Shown piece by piece: positions 1-64,000 of a DNA stretch of 64,000 bases (position 1 is the first letter of the stretch; the number at the start of each line of letters is the position of its first letter). Source of the stretch: Squalus acanthias. Taxonomy: Eukaryota. The translations under genes and the position numbers were made by a program. The stretch spans positions 2,852,001 through 2,916,000 of the forward strand of contig CM059430.1 in assembly GCA_030390025.1 (NCBI GenBank). The letters run 5' to 3'. Under the pieces are notes generated by a model. It was not told the origin of the DNA, did not search any database, and saw nothing but the letters and a program-made list of their open reading frames with translations.

Positions 1-327
1 CTTAATTAGAAATAAAATCAGAGTTAACTTAAAAAAAGATCAGTTGTGGTATTTACAACATGAAACAAAAAAAGCAAGCATATATGCTGATGTTTAGCAA
101 ATTTTGTGTTGAAATTTCCTTCTGGCTCTTCAGACTTTGGAATTTCTTTGTGACTCAAATATAAAAGGAAGATCATCTTTAACTTGAACACTTCACAATA
201 TTTTCTCTCATTTTCTAAGGAAATGTTCAGCAAAAGACTGACAGAATTTACATCATTGTTAAATGTAGGACAACCTTTACTTGTAGGGTAATATTGAACT
301 GCTCTTCAGAACAGCTTTATAACTTAT

Positions 328-378
328 AATCTCTCATTATCTTCTCTTCTGCCTAAGAAGAGAAGATAATGAGAGATT
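328..378. repeat. Perfect 23-bp inverted repeat with 5-nt spacer
   Basis: AATCTCTCATTATCTTCTCTTCT-gccta-AGAAGAGAAGATAATGAGAGATT. Confidence 0.95.
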
Positions 379-1061
379 TATTTCTTTTAGTAAATTCAAC
401 AAGAAGTAATTTATATGCTATACCTTGTGTTCTTTCAAGACCAGCTTTATTTAACAGCTAGGTTATACATTTTATCAAAAGAGTGACTTATATCAGAGCA
501 TCTTTGTATATCAAACTGTGAATGATATTTTTGTTTAAATTCGTTAAGTTAACAATGTGCCAGCCAACAAGCTGCTGAAGCCAACCATTCATCTGGGAAG
601 TCTACATACTTTGAAATAATTCAAACAGACTGTTGTTTTTTAAAAAAGAGAGATGAGCAGTTGATTTAGATTTTACAGATCATTTTTTAAAAATCCATTT
701 CGTACCAGTGCTTTTTTCAGCAGTATTCAGCACTAAAATTTTATACTTTAGCACCCTAGTGAGACCGCGAGTGGTAATTTTGCTTCTTACATAGTAATAA
801 TGCAAGTTAATTGTGACTTGGGCCAACAGTATGGAAAATAAATACTTAGAAAAAAAATCAGAAATCTTGAAAATTAGGACAGATAAAAAAATAAATATGT
901 TAAAATGTGAGTACTTTACTGAAATGCATACACAGTACATTGAATCATCCCAGAGCACCTGATGCTTGGTGTACATTCCAGAATGGGCTGGAACCTAGCC
1001 ATTTTTTAGCATTAATACATGGTGTACATTTTTATCAGAAATATCAAAAACCATTTAATAA

Positions 1062-57679
<56,618 letters not shown>

Positions 57680-59530
57680 TAGGTTTTTTTCAGTGTACTT
57701 ACAGCAAGCTGCAGAGAGAGGACATCAAACAAAGCAACCTTGCTGAACTTTCAGAAGACGGTGCCTACCATAAGGAACTTTTAGCTTCATTTTGACTCCA
57801 TATATCCCTTTTAATTGGTCTCCATGCAGCATAACATATGTTTCTTTTCGTGTTGCCATTCAGCAGGTTTTATGAATAATAATGCACATGCTATTTTTCA
57901 AAATTGAAATTTAAGTTGTACTTTTTTTCTGGATCTATCATAGGTTTATATTAAATAACTTCTGTGTTCCTAAGTACATTATTCCCTCTTTTAGTCTAAA
58001 GTCCTTTTGATAATTTATTGTTGCAATAATCTTTTAACTGACAGTTTCCCTTCGAAGTCAGACCAAGTCCACAGGGGCCACTGATTGGATAAATTCAACA
58101 TTATGAAAAGGAATGTGAAACTGATGAGAATGAGTAAATGATAATGCAACTTCAATTATTTCAAAGTGAATGTAAAGCACTTCTAGATGACCATTACAAT
58201 TGTGATTTTGTAACGGTTACAGTCATGTGAGAAATATTTTGTTAAAAAGAGTATGCTTAACTGTGAGAAAATGCTCCAAATAAACAAAGCGACAGGTTTC
58301 TGGTTTGCTTTAGTGATCATAGATAAAACATGAAGACCAGCAACAGACATTGTATTTCTGATACAGATGTTAGAAAATTTGCTATTATAATATCCTTAAC
58401 CTTGTGGCTTCAGCAATTATCCAACATTGCTGTCTTTTAAAAATCTGTATTTTAAATTGTATTATAGAAGCAGTATGTAGGATTGAATAATAATTTCTCA
58501 CTTAAAATTCCACTCATTAACAGAAGTGCTACATCGCTTTCATTTTTAGGAATGAAATGTGAGATTTCGGGCAGAAGTGAAGACTAATTTAACAATTTTG
58601 CCAAGCCTCCTCATAAAATCGTATATTAGGTAATGAAACTTTGAATCAGTGGCTTTTCAAAATTGGACCTCATTGCAAGCAGTAAATACAGTGGCTAAAT
58701 GAGGTTATTGAGATCACTTTGAGATTAGGGTCATTCTTTGCTAAAGCTCTCAATGTTTAGTCTTCATTTCCATCCATGCGTGTAATGTGTTGATTGTGGT
58801 GTCAAAAGGTAAAACTCAGCAAATGTTATGCCTAATTTTTCTAAAGTAATAGTATTTTATGAATATATTTAAAAATTCAACTAATAAAAGGTTGGCTTAG
58901 TTTTACCTTTTGTGTTGCCCCAGCTCTACTAGATTAATAACTTTGCACCCTTTGGTAGAGAACTGTTGAGTATTTTACTTAATTATATCTATTGTATAAT
59001 CAAAGAAAGCAGAACAAAATCCCTTGTAAACAAGACATTATTTTTTTCAAAATAGAGAAAATATTATGTATAAAAATTGTATATTTGTCTTTCTGGAATA
59101 ATCATAGAAATTTTATGGAAATGTTTTAAGTGAATGTAATAGCTGATGTTTGTTGCAAATATGTGGTAAAAGATTTGTGCATTTTTAACTGTACAGAAAT
59201 GAAGTATGGTGCATAATAAGTCACTGTGCTGAGGCTGTAAGCTTGTTAGTTACTGACTTTCAGGAGACAATGATTTGTGAAATGAGAGGTTCACATAAAA
59301 TTTCCCAGTTTTTGAATTGCCTTGTTGTGGATTAAGTTTGAATTTTCAGCACCTATTGTGTTTTTGTTGATTTATTTTTGAGATCCGATAAATTGAGCAT
59401 TGTTGAATAATTGAAACATTTTCAAAAATGAAAGTTAATAAGTAGATTTAGAATATTGCCAAGTGAAGTCAATTTTTGGGGAAGAATTACAGTTTGGAAT
59501 ATTAATAAAAATGAGGATTTTAACACTTGA
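57680..59530 (+). other. WWP2: Probable WWP2 3' UTR; candidate poly(A) signals AATAAA at 58883-58888 and 59504-59509
   Basis: AT-rich stretch with no recognisable repeat after the stop; both hexamers are followed by T/GT-rich sequence. The end point is inferred. Confidence 0.55.
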
Positions 59531-59849
59531 TGCATCCAAAGAATTCAATATTTATTCTGATATTTTATTGTGTATCCATGCAAGATCTCTCTGCACCCAA
59601 TAGCAGCCATTTTTGCAAATTACAGTCGACGCTACTTAACGTAAACATTTAAAAATATTTCCCACTGCTGTTCTATCTCTTTGTCAATATTTTTTTTCCA
59701 GTTTATCTTTCCTAGTTCCAGTCTCATTCCCTCAAACTTATCTTTTTTCCAATCTATTAGTTTGGTTTTTGTCTTCCTTATGTCTTTCTCAATCATTGTC
59801 TTATTATGTTGTAATCACTATTACCTTATGCATTTATTTTTTTTTAATT

Positions 59850-60905
59850 AGAAAAGGGAATACTGCCAGAAGACTGGCGGAGAGCTAATGTGATTCCTCT
59901 ATTTAAAAAGGGAGATAGAACAAATCCAGGAAACTATAGACCAGTTAGCTTAACATTGGCAGTAGGAAAGGTAATGGAATCTTTACTCAAAGATGTAATA
60001 GAAAAACATCTAGAAACCGAAAATGTAATAACGAATAGTCAGAACAGATTTCAAAGGAAAGGTCATGTTTGACCAACCTTATTGAATACTTTGAAGAAGT
60101 AACAGAAAGGGTAGATATGGGTAATGTAGTAGATGTAATATATTTGGATTTTCAAAAGGCCTTCCATGAGGTACCGTATAGTAGACTCATGACTAAGGTC
60201 AGAGCTTATGGAATCAGGAAAATAAGAGTCGAAATGAGGTGGAGGAGCAAAGGATCTAGGGGTACAGATTCACAAATCATTAAAAATAGCAACGCAGGTT
60301 AACAAGACCATATAAATACAAACAAAGCACCGGGGTTCATTTCTAGAGGAATAGAATTGCAAAGCAGAGAGGTTGTGTTAAACTTCTATAGAACCTTGTT
60401 TAGACCACACTTGGAGTACTGTGGACAGTTCTGGCCTCCATATTATAAAAAGGATATGGAGGCACTGGAGAAGGTGCAGAAAAGACTTACATGGGTGATA
60501 ACAGAACTGAGAGGTTATAACCATCAGGAAAGACTGAACAGGCTGGGGTTTTCTCTTAAAAGAGAAGGCTGAGGGGTGACCTAATAGAGAGAATATGTTT
60601 CCACTTGTGGGGGAGTCCAAAACTAAGGGTTATAAAATAGAAGATAGCCACTAATAAATCCAATAAGGAATTCAGGAGAAATTTCTTTACCCAGAGAGTG
60701 GAACTTGCTACCACATGGAGTAGTTGAGGCAAACAGCATAGATACATTTAAGGGGAAGCTAGATAAATACATGAGGAAGAATGTAGTAGAAGGATCTGCT
60801 GATAGGGATGATTGAAGGAGGGTGGGAGGAAGCTCGTGCAGTGCATAAACACTGGCATGGACCAGTTGGGCCGAATGGCCTGTTTCTGTGCTGTAAATTC
60901 TATGC
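59850..60905 (+). mobile_element. CR1 fragment with internal deletions, downstream of WWP2
   Basis: PLFKKGDRTNPGNYRPVSLT, YLDFQKAF, RPHLEYC motifs; CR1 tail. Confidence 0.92.
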
Positions 60906-62562
60906 AATTCTAAATGCCCAGTAAGTTCCTAATTTATCAATAAATGTGTATATGTTTTCAATCATTTCAAGTTTAAATTTCTGGCTCAGTCAATAAGAAA
61001 TTATTTTTAAATCTGTAGGATCTATTTCTTTAGTATGTAGAGCCACCATCATTCAGATAATAGAACGATCGTTAATCATAATTTTATATAAATGGTAAAC
61101 CTTTGTGTTTCTGCTATTCCTTTGAATGGTCTCATTATTCCATTCATTGCAAAAGAAAAAGTGCACTGATGCCATGAAAGGAGCTTCTGTGCAGTTACTT
61201 TGGTTTCTAATACTCTTTATACATTACACCAACTGCATCATATCCAGGTGGTGCCATATGTAGCCCAGCAGTATAATTAAGCCCTATTGGTGTTCCCTCA
61301 TTCCTGTCACATTCTTGGGATTTGCTGCTGCTGAACCTTCCAAATAAAATAAAAATAAGATAATCTTACTGACAACTGACATGCCCGCAGTTTTAAACAT
61401 TTCACATTTTACAGTAGTTGGTTTATTTTGACTAACTGTATTGCATTAATAAAACCAATTTTTTCTGCCCTGGACTTTAAATAGTTTGTTTTATGGTTGG
61501 CTGGTAGCTGTACTGAGAAAACACTGAGCTTCTGTGCGGTGCACTGAGTGTCACACCCGAGCATCAAGTTCTCCACTGCAAGCACACATCTTGCTATGTC
61601 AGTCATGGAGTGATAATGATGTGGTTATAGAGGAGGCTGAAACCCAGACTGTCCTGGGCTGACAAAGACTACAAGGTGGCAAGTCAATCATGGAGGTAAT
61701 GGGGATAAAAATAATTAACCTGTGAAAGATTAAGATAAGAGTAGATCCTTTTTTACCCTACTAATCTGTGTGATGTATATTGTTTCTGACTACCAGATGT
61801 TGATGTGGGTGAACTTGGTGAAACTTAGCAAACATGTAAAATCTAAACTTTAATAGCTTTTTTTTTTGTAATCCCACTAATAAGCTTTAGTGGATGTTAC
61901 ATAGACAGTAACATTTTTTTTAAATTACATTTTAGCAGTTAAAAGATCAGCAACACTTCTGCAGTTATTTCTTTTGATAAGATTATTTTTCTTTAATCTC
62001 TTGAGATTTATCAGTGTATATGGGATATTTTATTTACATTTCAGTTGATACCTCAGCTAAGTATTTTGAATGCTACGTGCTGGTGTGCTGTGGAAAATAA
62101 ATCAGCTTTTAACATTGCAGTCTTGGCACTGGTATTCCACCTTCATTCTCATTGTAGCTGAGATTCTCAGTGTATCAATCCCAAGTGAAGTATTTGGGTG
62201 TAAAATACTGAGCCGACTAATAGATCAGGAAAAACTGACCCTACTAATAAATGATGGGTACATCACCTTCAGTTACACAACTCTAACAAAGAAATAACTA
62301 TCATAAGATTTGGCAATAGCTTCTAGATGACTTGATTGTTCTCCTTGGCTTCCAGTGTAGGTTATATGACGCTTCCTTCAGTGTGGCAGTGTAGCTGACC
62401 ATTCTCCTTTGAGAGACTTTTTTTTGGGTGGTCCCACGTTTTTGGGACAGGAGATGCAGATGGGAGGAGGTTTGAGGTCTGTACATTTCTTTGTCCTTTA
62501 TGCAGGATTGTGTTTGCTTGTTTCTGTACATCATTACCTAGCTCACTTTTAATGGGTGGAAC

Positions 62563-63475
62563 TAGAATCATAGAATAGTACAGCACAGAAGGAGGCCAAT
62601 CGGCCCATTGAGTCTGTGCTGGCTCTTTCGAAGAGCAATCCAGCTCTTTCCCCAGAGCCCTGCAATTTTTTCTCCTTCAAGTATTTATCCAATTCCCTTT
62701 TGAAGGCTACTATTGACTCTATCCACCACCCTATTAGGCAGTGCATTCCAAATCCTAACCACTCTCTGCGTAAATAAGTTTTTCGTCATGTTGCCTCTGG
62801 TTCTTTTGCCAATCACCTTAAATCTGTGCCTTTTCGTTATCGACCCTTCAGCCATTGGAAACAGTTTCTCTTTATTTACTCTGTCTAAACCCTTCCTGAT
62901 TTTAAACACCTCTATCAAATCTCCTCTTAGCCTTCTCTGCTCCAAGGAGAACAACCCCAGCTTCTCCAGTCTATCCACGTAACTGTAATTCCTCATCCCT
63001 GGAACCATTCTAGTAAATCTCTTCTGTACCCTCTCCAAAGCTTTCATGTCCTTCCTAAAGGGTGGTGCCCAGAATTGGACACAATACTCCAGCTGGGGCC
63101 GAACTAGTGTTTTATATCGGTTTAGCATAACTTCCTGGCTTTTGTACTCTATGCCTCTATTTTTAAAGCCCATAAGCTTTATTAATTGTTAACCTGTCCT
63201 GCCACCTTCAAAGATTTGTGCACAAACACCCCAGGTCTCTCTGTTCTTGCACCCCCTTTAAAATTGTACCATTTAGTGTGTATTGTGTCTCCTCATTCTT
63301 CCTACCAAAATGTATCACCTTACACTTCTCTGCGTTGAATTTCATCTTCCATGTGTCCGCCCATGCCATCAGCCTGTCTGTGTCTTTCTTGAAGTCTATA
63401 ACTATCTTCCTCACGGTTTACTACACTTCCAAGTTTTGTGTCATCTGTAAATTTCAAAATTGTGCTAAGTCATTA
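62563..63475 (-). mobile_element. CR1 3' fragment
   Basis: 162-aa ORF 62685-63173 (RPQLEYCVQFWAP, RLRGDLIEVFKI); same subfamily as 14493. Confidence 0.93.
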
Positions 63476-63479
63476 ATAA

Positions 63480-63552
63480 TAAATAAAAACAGAAAATGCT
63501 GGAAATACTCAACAGGTCAAGCAGCATCTGTGGAGAGAGAAACAGAGTTAAC
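63480..63552 (-). mobile_element. Fragment of the same PLE family as 9872-10006, interrupted by a MITE
   Basis: AAAAC.GAAAATGCT.GAAA.ACTCA.CAGG.CA.GCAGCATCTGTGGAGAGAGAAACAGAGTTAAC shared with 9911-9978. Confidence 0.75.
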
Positions 63553-64000
63553 AGGCCAACATTTGCGATCGGAGGCTTCCCGCGGGCAGACGCCTCCGAC
63601 CTGCAAAATGTCTAGAAAGGTACCTGGTGGCCCGGGATGAATGGTGGCTTGTGATCCTGGGCCTCTCCGGGTCCGCGCGGACAGAGGCCCACGTATCCCG
63701 GGGCGCAAGCAGTTCGTAGGCGCTCCTGGGATCACGTGGGCCAGCCCAACCAATAAAAGAAGGGAATCCCCATTCATACTTTTGACAGTTCTGTATGTAC
63801 ACATGAAATATTTTTTTAAATTACATATTTAAAATTAATTAAAATGCCATTTAATTAAATATTTTAAACAATTTAAATTTTTTGAATTTTTTTTTAATGT
63901 TTTTACGGGGCTAAAAATAAACTTACCTTATTGAAGAGTTTTTTTTAATTTTATTTTTTTAAACTCTTATGCTGGTAAAAGCAGGCCTTACACCTGCTTT
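63553..64000. mobile_element. MITE, same family as 16477-17240, cut by the window end
   Basis: Colinear similarity: GGCTTCCCGCGGG, GGCCCACGTATCCC, CTGGGATCACGTGGGCCAG, GGGGCTAAAAATAA, AAACTCTTA.GCTGG. Confidence 0.85.

Overview
Eukaryotic (vertebrate) genomic DNA, most likely a cartilaginous fish given the repeat content (inference). The window holds the 3' two-thirds of a WWP2 gene (NEDD4-family HECT E3 ligase) on the + strand. I reconstructed 16 phase-consistent GT-AG coding exons from 1100 to the stop at 57679 (WW1-WW4 plus the whole HECT domain, 567 codons before the stop). The C2 domain and start lie upstream of the window. The cartilage microRNA miR-140 sits in its expected intron (~41091-41152). 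A candidate internal SOXE/TATA promoter for the WWP2-C/pri-miR-140 transcript lies at ~22100-22400. Introns are packed with CR1 and L2 LINE fragments, Deu-type and LF-SINE-like SINEs and MITEs. The most unusual signal is a set of small TSD-flanked, Penelope-derived insertions that carry minimal type I hammerhead ribozyme cores; two are near-perfect or perfect 160-190 bp palindromes with the motif written on both arms (intact on both strands only in the copy near 25.2 kb). Most ORFs in the supplied track are LINE fragments or noise. Family names come from my recall of consensus sequences, not from a database search.
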